Of a stretch of DNA of 64,000 nt, positions 9,605 through 18,482 are shown piece after piece. The notes under the pieces were generated by a model. The model saw only the letters and a list, made by a program, of their open reading frames with translations. It searched no databases and was not told where the DNA came from. Source of the DNA: a virus. A program made the position numbers and the translations under genes. Location of the stretch: positions 18,681 through 82,680 of IMG/VR virus record IMGVR_UViG_3300027983_000009. One strand, written 5' to 3'. How positions within the stretch are numbered: the stretch's first letter is position 1; every line of letters starts with the position of its first letter.

Positions 9605-9748
9605 CTGTTGTACTCCCTGTGTTTTGCGTTGCTGGCACGGATATGCCTCTGCGGTCTTGTGTTCTTCGCCTCTGTGTGGCAGACTATAACCCTGAACTCC
9701 ACCCCTTGCTACCAATCAAGTCAAACCAGCGGAAACAAAGGATTTATT

Positions 9749-11014
9749 ATGTCGGATGCACTTGCAGCGATCAGGGCGTGGAGAAAAAGTGCACTTGTTT
9801 CGCCAATGGTTGCACCGGGTAACACAGCACCAAGACAGCAGCCCGGGGCACGACATGTGATGGGGAGTGGAATACCGCAAACAGGGCTTTCGACGCAGCG
9901 AGGAAAGGCTCCAGCGTTTCCAGGGTTGCCAGGAAGTCCAGCAGGAAATCCCATAGAGACACACGGAGCGTTGGGGCCGGCTGGGACTGTGGATGGCAAC
10001 CACGCAGCAGGTGTAGCGAAAGGATTTAAGATTGGCAGGGCAAGGCTTGCGGAGAAGGGTATGCAGGCAACTTCTTCTGGGAAAATCAATGTTTTTAGTA
10101 AAGATTCATCCCAGCTCCGCGGGTTCGTAGCAGGGCAGAGGAAGACTGCAGGCATGTATGCGGCTCATATTGTCTCGGCAAACCTACCACCTGAGCAGCG
10201 CAAGCAACTACTTGCGATAGCGAAGAACGTGGCCAGGTTTCGCCAAGCTATCGCGACAGATATGTCATCGCAGGGTTATCAGTCGTACGCTGGTGGAAGC
10301 ACAAACTTCCGTGACGACATACTTGAGCAGTTTCTGGAAAAGAACAAGGATGCACAGGTGGAGGCTGGCGATTCTTATGAGATATCTGCGAGAGGTCCTC
10401 GTCGGTGGATGGGTTTGCGACAAGGTGCACGTATTCCGATTGGGGAGGGTTACGCGACGTTAATGGATCATTTTGATGAGGGTGGGCAGGGGTATGAGCG
10501 TGACGAGTCTCATGCTGTAACAGATTTTTACGGCGAGGTGGATCCCGCTATTCACAGCTTTTTAGGTCAGATGACAGGCGGCCGCTACAAAACACCGAAA
10601 CCTCCGAAGGCACCATCTGCTCCGAAGTTAGAGGGTGTACCGGCGATAAAGGCGGCATTCAGACAACCGACTGATGTGTCGCCATACGCAGGTATTCATC
10701 GACGGATTCGCCACACTCTGGCGGGTGGTGCGATGGGCGGGTTAGTTGGTGTTGGGGTTGGTGGTTTAACTGGGGCTGGCGGGGCTGCCGGTGCCACAAT
10801 TGGCGGGCTGCACGGCATGTTTAGCGATCCGGGTGTAGATGAGGAGGGCAAGAAGCGGAGCCGGATGATGGCTGCACTTCGTGGTTCTCTGGGTGGTGGG
10901 GCGTTGGGTGCAGCTGGCGGATTGGCAGCTGGTGTTGGCGGGCTGGCTGGTGGTGCAGCTGGCGGCACAGTCGGGGCCAGCATCGACGACTGGCCCGTGG
11001 CGCCGCAGCTGTGA
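9749..11014 (+). CDS. Hypothetical Gly/Ala-rich protein with a glycine-zipper C-terminus (possibly virion-associated; may be two fused genes)
   Basis: AAGGA RBS; GGxxG hydrophobic repeats; hairpin element inside the ORF at 10110. Confidence 0.65.
   Translation: MSDALAAIRAWRKSALVSPMVAPGNTAPRQQPGARHVMGSGIPQTGLSTQRGKAPAFPGLPGSPAGNPIETHGALGPAGTVDGNHAAGVAKGFKIGRARLAEKGMQATSSGKINVFSKDSSQLRGFVAGQRKTAGMYAAHIVSANLPPEQRKQLLAIAKNVARFRQAIATDMSSQGYQSYAGGSTNFRDDILEQFLEKNKDAQVEAGDSYEISARGPRRWMGLRQGARIPIGEGYATLMDHFDEGGQGYERDESHAVTDFYGEVDPAIHSFLGQMTGGRYKTPKPPKAPSAPKLEGVPAIKAAFRQPTDVSPYAGIHRRIRHTLAGGAMGGLVGVGVGGLTGAGGAAGATIGGLHGMFSDPGVDEEGKKRSRMMAALRGSLGGGALGAAGGLAAGVGGLAGGAAGGTVGASIDDWPVAPQL
10110..10136 (+). 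repeat. Dispersed hairpin element, CCC/GGG class
   Basis: CCC AG CTCCGC GGGTTCGTA GCAGGG C. Confidence 0.75.
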
Positions 11015-11388
11015 GCTCTCACATATACGCTCTCACATATACTCTCTCACAGCACATTTTGACAACAATCCCAGCCTTGCGGGTTCGTAGCAGGATAACA
11101 GGGGGCCAAAGTATACAGCTCCTCACATATACTCTCTCACGTATACGCTCTCACAGCAATCCCAGCCAGGCGGGTTCATAGCACGGCAACTGCACAAGTC
11201 CTCACATATACTCTCTCACAACAATCCCAGCTCTGCGGGTTCGAAGCAAGGCATGAACAGGGTTGTCACAGTGCACAATTCCTCACATATACGCTCTCAC
11301 AGCAATCCCAGCCAGGCGGGTTCATAGCACGGCAGCACAGTCCAGGATCCACAATAACAATCCCAGCCTTGCGGGTTCGAAGCAGGGC
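11015..11388 (+). repeat. Array of five hairpin repeats with variable intervening sequence (atypical, CRISPR-like)
   Basis: CAATCCCAGCYNNGCGGGTTCRWAGCANGG with CCC starting at 11070, 11161, 11226, 11307 and 11362; secondary CTCACATATAC[GT]CTCTCAC repeats between units. Confidence 0.85.
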
Positions 11389-11425
11389 ATCGCGTGCAGC
11401 CGGACAAACAAGCACAGGAGAAAAC

Positions 11426-12571
11426 ATGTTCAACAACCTCACGGATCTGCGGGCAGTCCACTGTCTATATGTGTTGACGCATCCGGATAGCCAGCTACAG
11501 AAGCAGGCCATCAACATGAAGGGTCTTTCCAAAGTCCTGTCCCGTACAGCCTCCAAAACAATGGGCAGGCCTGTGGCAGGACCTGGAGCTGCACCGATAC
11601 AGTCGCCGGTCAGGCAGATGCGTGTGCCTACACCGGCGCAGCAGAAATCAATCACCACATCAATGGCGACCAAGGTACCGCCGCCACCAGCCAAGTCGTT
11701 GGCGACCAGAGCTGTAGCAGCTGTGACACCTGCTGTGAAGGCTGTCGCGGCACCCAGATCGAGACCGGCACCAGCGTTGGTAGAAGCGAACATAGGCAAA
11801 CCTTTGCCGAGTCGTGCTGGTAGAGCCCTCAACACTGTCGCTAACGTGCCTGCAGGTGAGAGATTTCGCCAGAGGCCAGTCATGAACACAGCAAAACTGC
11901 TGTCCGCTGACGGTGTGCCGGGTATGCGTAGGCTGAATCAGGCCGCGGCTGCCGGCTTGGTGTATTCGGGAGCTCGGGGCCTCAGTGATGCGAATCAGGC
12001 TGTGAACGATTCGATCTACAACACGACCAGCGATTATGGTGTGCAGGCTGGGCTGACACCTAATCAGAGAAGGAGGCTGAGTGAGCAGGGGCAGAAGGTC
12101 AAGCAGTACACGTTGCAGGATGCAACCCTCGGGAGACTGAAACGAAATATTTTCGGTCATGGGGGTGACGAGGCTGCTGTAACCGCATCTAAATACAGAG
12201 ATGAGTTGTACGGCTTGGCGTTGAATGATGCGATGAAATATCAACTCTCTAAACCTGCTGTGGGTCGCGGTATGTTGGATTCCCTAATGCATTACAGAAG
12301 CCCGGCTGCTGCAGCTGTGTCAGGTGTGCAGCAGGCGGGTAAAAACTATCTGGGTGGTCATATGGAGTACAACGATCCAGCTGCGTACGCTGGGCCGATA
12401 CAGCAAATGTACTCTACTATGAGGCCAGAAAACGAGCAGGATGCTAAGGATATGGCAGCAGCTGCTGTTCAAGGCGGCTGGAAACACCTGACACCAGAGC
12501 AGCAGCGGAAGCTGATTGAGAAGGTTGGACCGGCTGCAATAGCAGCAATGACTGCAAGTGTCGGCAGGTGA
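11426..12571 (+). CDS. Hypothetical Ala/Pro-rich protein
   Basis: AGGAG RBS then ATG at 11426, directly after the array. Confidence 0.75.
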   Translation: MFNNLTDLRAVHCLYVLTHPDSQLQKQAINMKGLSKVLSRTASKTMGRPVAGPGAAPIQSPVRQMRVPTPAQQKSITTSMATKVPPPPAKSLATRAVAAVTPAVKAVAAPRSRPAPALVEANIGKPLPSRAGRALNTVANVPAGERFRQRPVMNTAKLLSADGVPGMRRLNQAAAAGLVYSGARGLSDANQAVNDSIYNTTSDYGVQAGLTPNQRRRLSEQGQKVKQYTLQDATLGRLKRNIFGHGGDEAAVTASKYRDELYGLALNDAMKYQLSKPAVGRGMLDSLMHYRSPAAAAVSGVQQAGKNYLGGHMEYNDPAAYAGPIQQMYSTMRPENEQDAKDMAAAAVQGGWKHLTPEQQRKLIEKVGPAAIAAMTASVGR

Positions 12572-12616
12572 CGCCAACGCATCACAGTAAACAGTAAACA
12601 GTATAGGAGGCAGAGT

Positions 12617-12847
12617 ATGCAGATAACACTGGCAGCCAGGTCGTCGACAACTGCGGTATCTCTTCGGCTGTACAGAGTGCTAGCACAGGACAGAGAGTGG
12701 TCTTCTGTGAATTATGTGCGGGCAGCTGACGAGGGTCACGCCGTCACGTGCGTCAGGAATACGAATCAGGATCTGTACAATAATAGCCGTGTGTGGTTCA
12801 GTGTGACCATACAGGATGATTCCAAAGGAGTCGTGTTCAGAAGATAG
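12617..12847 (+). CDS. Hypothetical protein
   Basis: AGGAGG RBS, 76 aa. Confidence 0.65.
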   Translation: MQITLAARSSTTAVSLRLYRVLAQDREWSSVNYVRAADEGHAVTCVRNTNQDLYNNSRVWFSVTIQDDSKGVVFRR

Positions 12848-12904
12848 TGTGCTGCGAGTTAGTATTGCAGCACTAAACCTCATTAAACAGAAAGCAGTAA
12901 ACAG

Positions 12905-15900
12905 ATGAAGCAGGTGAAGTTAGAAAAACTCACACAAGAACAGATCGCGCAGCTCCCGCTGCACACAGAGAAATGGTTGGAGATAGGGCTATCATGTGAG
13001 CCGTGCGATTTCGAGAAGGCCAAAGCGGCTGCAATCGAGTGCTACGTAGCAGCTGGGCTGGAGCCGCCCAAATTGTTTCTTCTTTTCGATTCGCCCATAG
13101 CGGCGGCTATGGGGGCGGTAGCACTGCAGTCTATTGCCTCGGATCAAGGTATGGAGCGGCTCCAGCACCAGCTCAGGAATAAAATCTTGGCGAAGGCCTG
13201 GGCGCAGGTCAGTGATCAGGTCGGTGCGAAGGTACGGGATCATGTCAAGGGACAGGTCGGCGATAGGATCGTGTATCAGATCTGGCAGACGGTCCGGGAT
13301 TCTCTCACTGCTCAGGTCGGTGATCGTGTCGATGCTCAGGTCAGCGAGCAGGTCACCGAGCAGGTCGGTAAGCAGATCAGGAATCAGCTCGCTGAGCAGG
13401 TCTTGGCTCAGCTCGACAACCAGGTCAGTGCTCAGGTCAGTTCTATGATCAACGATCGGGTCACGTGGTCGGTACGGGATATGGTCAACGGGGGGGTCAG
13501 TGATATGATCCGCGAGCAGGTCACGTGGCCGGTACGGGATATGGTCAACGAGGAGGTCTCGGATCAGGTCCGGAATCAGCTCACTGATCAGGTCTTGGAG
13601 CCGGTCGGTGATGCGATCCACTCGCAGGTCTCGGAGCTGCTACGGGAGCAGATCTGGGAGCAGGTCCGAGATCAGATCTGGGGTCGGATCGATACTCAGA
13701 TCCGTGATCATATCCGGGAACAGGTCGGCGATGATATCAGTGAGCAGATATGGGAGGCGGGCAATGCTACGCTCGCGGTTCGGGATCAGCTCTTGAGGCC
13801 GGTCCAGGATCAGGCCTGGGAGGTAGCCCAAGAGGCGATTGCGCATACTCCAGGCGAGAAAGTCAGCGATCAGGTACAGGTTAAGGTCTTGGGGCAGATC
13901 TGGGGTAAGCTCTGCGAGGAGCTCAGTAGTGAAGTCTTGGATCAGGTCATGAATCATGTCGTCGAGCCGGTCGAGCCGGTTATGTCGCAGATCCGGGACC
14001 GAATCCGGGAACAGGTCGGCGAGCAGGCCCAGGATCAGGCCAGTGCGGGGGTCCGCATTCAGGTCGATGCGCATGTCAGGTATGGGGTCACCGAGCCGGT
14101 CGGTGAGCAGGTTGGTACTCGTGTCTGGGGGCAGGTCTGGGCTGAGGCCAATAACCAGGTCAGTAATCAGGTCGCTGCACAAATCAGTGAGCTGATCAGT
14201 GGGCAGGTCGGTGAGCATGTCTGGGGTAAGGTCCGTGGTCCGGTCTCGGCTCAGGTACGCGAGAGCGTCGGTGAGCAGATCCAGGAGCAGGCTTGGAAGC
14301 AGGCCAGCGAGCAGACCCTTGAGGAGGTCGGTGATCAGGTCTCGGAGCCGCTCAGCGAGCCTGTCCGTGGGATGATCCGGGATCACGTCTTGGGTCAGGT
14401 TATTGATCAGATCCATGAGCAGATCAGCGAGACGGTCCGTAGGGTGATCCTGGGGCAGGTCAGCGGGCAGGTTCGGGAGCAAGTCTGGGAGCAGATCCGG
14501 ATGCGCGTCAGCGGTCAGGTCGGCGAGCAGGTCCGGGATACTGTCTCGGGTCAGGTCCATGAGCTGGTCAGCGAGACGACCATGGAGCAGGTCGGTGATC
14601 AGGTCTGGGGTCGGGTCATGAACACTGTAGGTGCACAGGCCCGGGCAGGGGGCCAGAATCAGGATTCGACTTGGGATCGGGTACAGGTTAAGGTCTTGGA
14701 GACTGTAGCGGATACGGTACGAGAGCAGGTCTTGAATCAGCTCAACGATCAGGTCTTGGAGCAGGTAGGTATGCCGGTATTGGCGCAGATCCAAAATCAG
14801 GCTCGGGAACAGGTCGGTGGTCAGGTCAGTGATCAGGTCAGTGATAGGGTCAGTGATCAGGTCAGTGATGAGGTTCGTGCGGAGGTCTCAGCCCGGGTCC
14901 GGAATTCGATCTGGGATCAGGTCATGGAGCAGGTCCGGCATCAGGTCGATGCGGATGTCAGGGATCTGGTCGGCGGGCAGATCCAAGAGCAGACCTCGGG
15001 GCAGGTCAGAAATCAGGTCTGGGCTCAGACCTGGGATAAGGCCTGGGAGAGTATCAACGCGACGATCCGGGAGAAAATCAGCGAGCAGGTCCGAGAGCAG
15101 CTCAAGGATCCGGTCAGGACTCAGGTCTGGGATCAGCTCCGGAGTCCGATCTGGGGGCAGGTCCGAGATCAGGTCGGCGAGCCGGCCATGGAGCAGGTCG
15201 TGGATCAGGTCTCGAATAAGGTCTCTGATCAGGTCAACACGGCGATCATGGATCAGGTCCGGGGGCAGGCCCGGAAGCAGACCCAGGAGCAGACCCCGGA
15301 GCAGTTACGAGAGCAGCTCCTGAATAAGGTCAGCGATCAAGTTTTTGGATCGCACGACGTAGGGTGGTTATCTTATTACGCATTTTTCCGCGAGCATTGC
15401 GGGTTAACGGAGGCTACAGATAAACTTTCCGGACTGCTTGAGCTGGCCAAGAACTGTGGCTGGTGGGCACCGTATAAGGGTGTGTGCATTTTTCAGCACC
15501 GGCACAGTGAGCTGCACCGAGATGAAGCGGGGCGACTGCACAACGAGACAGGGATGGCGTGTCGGTACCGTGATGGTTTTGGGGTCTGGTCGCTTCACGG
15601 CATACTAGTGGATGAGCAGATTGTTATGCGACCGGAGACACAAACGGTTGCGCAGATCAACGAGGAGACGAATCAAGACATCCGATCTATCCGAATCACC
15701 CGGTTTGGGTGGGCCAGGTATATTGAAGAGTCTGGTGCGGTGTGTGTGCACAGCATGATCAATCAGATCAGCAACACACCAGAAGCGTTGTACCGATTGG
15801 CAGACAATTCACAGAGGCTTGTTGCTGGCTGTGTGACTGGTAAGATGGTTACGATGGGTGTCCCATCTACCATCATGACGTGCGAGCAGGCTCAGCTGTG

Positions 15901-15943
15901 GCTTGCTGGCGACAAAAAGTTCAATCTGATAGCAGCTACATGA
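12905..15943 (+). CDS. DUF6745-type protein with a very long [DE]QVx repeat region
   Basis: N-terminal W..IGLSCEP.D…Y..AGL..P…DSP; C-terminal GSHDVGWLSYYAFF…CGWWAPY..VC…LHRDEAGRLH…Y.DGFGVWSLHG. Confidence 0.8.
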   Translation: MKQVKLEKLTQEQIAQLPLHTEKWLEIGLSCEPCDFEKAKAAAIECYVAAGLEPPKLFLLFDSPIAAAMGAVALQSIASDQGMERLQHQLRNKILAKAWAQVSDQVGAKVRDHVKGQVGDRIVYQIWQTVRDSLTAQVGDRVDAQVSEQVTEQVGKQIRNQLAEQVLAQLDNQVSAQVSSMINDRVTWSVRDMVNGGVSDMIREQVTWPVRDMVNEEVSDQVRNQLTDQVLEPVGDAIHSQVSELLREQIWEQVRDQIWGRIDTQIRDHIREQVGDDISEQIWEAGNATLAVRDQLLRPVQDQAWEVAQEAIAHTPGEKVSDQVQVKVLGQIWGKLCEELSSEVLDQVMNHVVEPVEPVMSQIRDRIREQVGEQAQDQASAGVRIQVDAHVRYGVTEPVGEQVGTRVWGQVWAEANNQVSNQVAAQISELISGQVGEHVWGKVRGPVSAQVRESVGEQIQEQAWKQASEQTLEEVGDQVSEPLSEPVRGMIRDHVLGQVIDQIHEQISETVRRVILGQVSGQVREQVWEQIRMRVSGQVGEQVRDTVSGQVHELVSETTMEQVGDQVWGRVMNTVGAQARAGGQNQDSTWDRVQVKVLETVADTVREQVLNQLNDQVLEQVGMPVLAQIQNQAREQVGGQVSDQVSDRVSDQVSDEVRAEVSARVRNSIWDQVMEQVRHQVDADVRDLVGGQIQEQTSGQVRNQVWAQTWDKAWESINATIREKISEQVREQLKDPVRTQVWDQLRSPIWGQVRDQVGEPAMEQVVDQVSNKVSDQVNTAIMDQVRGQARKQTQEQTPEQLREQLLNKVSDQVFGSHDVGWLSYYAFFREHCGLTEATDKLSGLLELAKNCGWWAPYKGVCIFQHRHSELHRDEAGRLHNETGMACRYRDGFGVWSLHGILVDEQIVMRPETQTVAQINEETNQDIRSIRITRFGWARYIEESGAVCVHSMINQISNTPEALYRLADNSQRLVAGCVTGKMVTMGVPSTIMTCEQAQLWLAGDKKFNLIAAT
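13140..15345 (+). repeat. Degenerate 12-nt-period coding repeat (GA[TG]CAGGTCNNN), about 2.2 kb
   Basis: Dense CAGGTC/GATCAG recurrence throughout. Confidence 0.9.
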
Positions 15944-15956
15944 AAGAGGTCGCATC

Positions 15957-16403
15957 ATGACAACAGTGATTCAGGAAATCGAGAGTACTATGTGTCGTGT
16001 GAGGGCAGGTGTGGACCCACTTGTTCAGCCGGGGAGGCCCGAGAGCTTTACAAGGGGTTGCGTCGCTGGCGACGCCATCAGGCAGGGTGATTTGTATTTA
16101 GTTATTGTGGATACAGTGCCTGCGCACTTTATCCGGGCCACTGACGACTCGTGTCAGCTTGTGCCGGGTAACACTGAAGGAGCCAAGCACTGTCTTGACT
16201 CGTTGGAGGGTGTCACAAAGTGGTATCCACCTAACTGGTCCAGCGAGTCGTTGGAGGGTCCAATGTTGGTGCTGACAAAAGATCGCGTGGTGCTGCACCC
16301 AACACATGGACCGGTTACGCTGTTGGCGGAAACGACAATTGCGTGTCACTACCAGCGAGAGTTCGACGCGATTGAGATGAGGGAGCGAAGAGCTCTCGAT
16401 TAG
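15957..16403 (+). CDS. Conserved partner of DUF6745-type proteins (RQGD…H..H…QRE)
   Basis: IRQGDLYL, LVPGNTEGAKH, LHPTHG, YQREFD. Confidence 0.7.
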   Translation: MTTVIQEIESTMCRVRAGVDPLVQPGRPESFTRGCVAGDAIRQGDLYLVIVDTVPAHFIRATDDSCQLVPGNTEGAKHCLDSLEGVTKWYPPNWSSESLEGPMLVLTKDRVVLHPTHGPVTLLAETTIACHYQREFDAIEMRERRALD

Positions 16404-16494
16404 TTGCTCATAAGCAGCAAGGTCCACTCTGTGCAGCCGGCTCATTGCGAGCCGGCTGCAGCAGGTGGCGGACAAAAAGAGAAGGGAGCGATAA

Positions 16495-16755
16495 GTGGAG
16501 GAACCCAGCAGCTTCAAACCAGTCGGTAGCAACCACATCGACGGCTACGGCAACCAGTGCGGCAACGGCTCCGGCTATGGCAACGGATACGGCTATGGCA
16601 ACGTCTACGGCTATGGCAACGGATACGGCTACGCCAGCGCCTACGCCAACGTCTACGCCAGCGGTTGCGGCAACGGCAGCTGTTCCGGTTACGGCGACGG
16701 CAACGGTTTCGGCAACGGCAGCAGCACAGTGTCGACATCTACCAGACGACGGTAA
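16495..16755 (+). CDS. Gly-rich peptide cassette 1
   Basis: SSFKPVG-(GX)n-TVSTSTRRR; GGGAG RBS. Confidence 0.7.
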   Translation: MEEPSSFKPVGSNHIDGYGNQCGNGSGYGNGYGYGNVYGYGNGYGYASAYANVYASGCGNGSCSGYGDGNGFGNGSSTVSTSTRRR

Positions 16756-16774
16756 CAGGAAGCAGGAAGGTAAA

Positions 16775-17071
16775 ATGCGCAGCTTAAAACTAGTAGGCTA
16801 CAGCTTAGGCTACGATCCAAGTTACGGCAACGGCAATGGCAATGGCTACGGCTATGGCAACGGCCACGGCAACAGCAACGGCTGCGACTACGGTAGCGGC
16901 TACGGTACCGGCAGCTGTTCCGGTTACGGCAACGGTTACAGCTATGGCAACCAATACGGCTCCGGCTCAGGCCCCGGCTCTGGCTTCGGGAACGGTTACA
17001 ACGGCTACAGCAACGGCGACGGCGGCGGTTACGGCGACACCACCATCTCAACGACTACCAGAAGACGGTAG
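16775..17071 (+). CDS. Gly-rich peptide cassette 2
   Basis: MRSLKLVG-(GX)n-TISTTTRRR. Confidence 0.75.
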   Translation: MRSLKLVGYSLGYDPSYGNGNGNGYGYGNGHGNSNGCDYGSGYGTGSCSGYGNGYSYGNQYGSGSGPGSGFGNGYNGYSNGDGGGYGDTTISTTTRRR

Positions 17072-17091
17072 CAGAAAGCAGGAAGGTAAAA

Positions 17092-17388
17092 ATGAGTAGT
17101 GTAAAACCAGTAGGTGGCGGTATTCGTTACGGTAGCGGACAAGGTTACGGCGCCGGTTACAGCTTCGTCAACGGTAACGGCCACGGCTTCGGCTTCGGCA
17201 ACAGCTGCAACCGCGGTACCGGCAATGGTTACATTAGCGGCCGCAGCTTCAGCAACGGCTACGGCAGCGGCTACAGTAACGGCGACGGCGACGGTTATGG
17301 CGACGGCAACGAGCGAGGCGGCCACAGTTACGGCGACGGCTACGGCTATGGCAACGGCACAGTCTCAACAGTTACCAGAAGACGGTAG
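17092..17388 (+). CDS. Gly-rich peptide cassette 3
   Basis: MSSVKPVG-(GX)n-TVSTVTRRR. Confidence 0.75.
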   Translation: MSSVKPVGGGIRYGSGQGYGAGYSFVNGNGHGFGFGNSCNRGTGNGYISGRSFSNGYGSGYSNGDGDGYGDGNERGGHSYGDGYGYGNGTVSTVTRRR

Positions 17389-17408
17389 CAGGAAGCAGAG
17401 AGGTAAAA

Positions 17409-17735
17409 ATGAGCAGTGTAAAACTAGTAGGTGGCGGCCTCCGTTACGGCGGAGGCCGCAGTTCCGGGCAGAACAGTGGCTGTGGTAGCGGCTGTGGCTA
17501 CGGTGACAGCTACGGCTGTGCCAGCGGCAGCGGTAGTGGCAGTGGTTACGGCAGCTACGGCAGCGACGGCGGCGGAGGCTACGGCGAAGGCTACTGCAAC
17601 GGCAGCGGCGCTGGCAACGGCGCCGGTTACCGTGGAGGAAACGGCGGCGGCTACGGTAACGGTACCGACAACAGCTTCGGCAACGGCTTCGGTCATGGCA
17701 TCAGCACAATCTCAACAGCCACCAGAAGACGTTAA
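17409..17735 (+). CDS. Gly-rich peptide cassette 4
   Basis: MSSVKLVG-(GX)n-TISTATRRR. Confidence 0.75.
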   Translation: MSSVKLVGGGLRYGGGRSSGQNSGCGSGCGYGDSYGCASGSGSGSGYGSYGSDGGGGYGEGYCNGSGAGNGAGYRGGNGGGYGNGTDNSFGNGFGHGISTISTATRRR

Positions 17736-17755
17736 TAGGAAGCAGGAAGGTAAAA

Positions 17756-18043
17756 ATGAGCAGCTTAAAACTAGTAGGTAGCGGCCACGGCCTGGGTTAC
17801 GGCTTCGGCAACGGCTTCGGATTCGGATACGGTTACAGCACCGGATACGGTAACGGCTTCGGCTTCGGCTTTGGCTTCGGCAACAACGGTCGATACGGCA
17901 GCACCAACGGCTCCGGCTCCGGTTCTGGCACTGGCTCCGGCGACTGCGACAGCTACAGCAGCAACGGCAACGGCTACAGCAGGAACGGCTTCGGCAACGG
18001 CAACGGTAACGGCACAGTGTCGACCTCTACCAGAAGACGATAA
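17756..18043 (+). CDS. Gly-rich peptide cassette 5
   Basis: MSSLKLVG-(GX)n-TVSTSTRRR. Confidence 0.75.
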   Translation: MSSLKLVGSGHGLGYGFGNGFGFGYGYSTGYGNGFGFGFGFGNNGRYGSTNGSGSGSGTGSGDCDSYSSNGNGYSRNGFGNGNGNGTVSTSTRRR

Positions 18044-18158
18044 TGTGTAGCAGGGTGTAAAGGGTGTAATCGGTTATTGATAACCGAGCTCATAGAGAGC
18101 TGACTCATTGTGAGGCAGCGACAGTAAGTGGTAAGCAATAATCAGAAAAAGAAACAGA

Positions 18159-18482
18159 ATGATCGATCAGACAGTAGTGATCAACGGTGTTAAGTATGTC
18201 CGAGAAGACTCAGTTCCAGTACCACGACCGACTGGAAGCAGGGCTGTAGTTGTGGTGGATCGCGGGTGGATCTTCGCTGGGGATGCTCGGCGGGAGGACG
18301 GCAGGATCTTCCTGAGCAGAGCGATCCTTGTCTTCAAATGGGAAGAAGTTGGGTTCGACGGGATGCTCTCAAATCCGCTGTCGACTAAAGTATTCCTGCG
18401 ACCGCTGCAGAATGATGTCGAGATCCCGGCAGGGTCGGAGATTTGCTCCGTTCCGGTATCGGAAAACTGGGGGCTGAAGTGA
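18159..18482 (+). CDS. DUF6948-type phage protein
   Basis: INGVKYVREDS, AVVVVDRGWIFAG, L.RA..VFKW. Confidence 0.65.
   Translation: MIDQTVVINGVKYVREDSVPVPRPTGSRAVVVVDRGWIFAGDARREDGRIFLSRAILVFKWEEVGFDGMLSNPLSTKVFLRPLQNDVEIPAGSEICSVPVSENWGLK

Noticed and set aside
11015-11388. Calling this a canonical CRISPR array
   Set aside because: The repeats are degenerate, spacing is irregular (55-91 nt) and the spacers contain their own repeats, so it is kept only as an atypical array.
12992-15323. Long alternative-frame and antisense ORFs (DL-rich, RS-rich) over the DUF6745-type gene
   Set aside because: Shadow ORFs produced by the stop-free 12-nt repeat.
16495-18043. A complete DGR or RiPP cluster
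   Set aside because: No reverse transcriptase, modifying enzyme, protease or exporter is adjacent; kept only as hypotheses.
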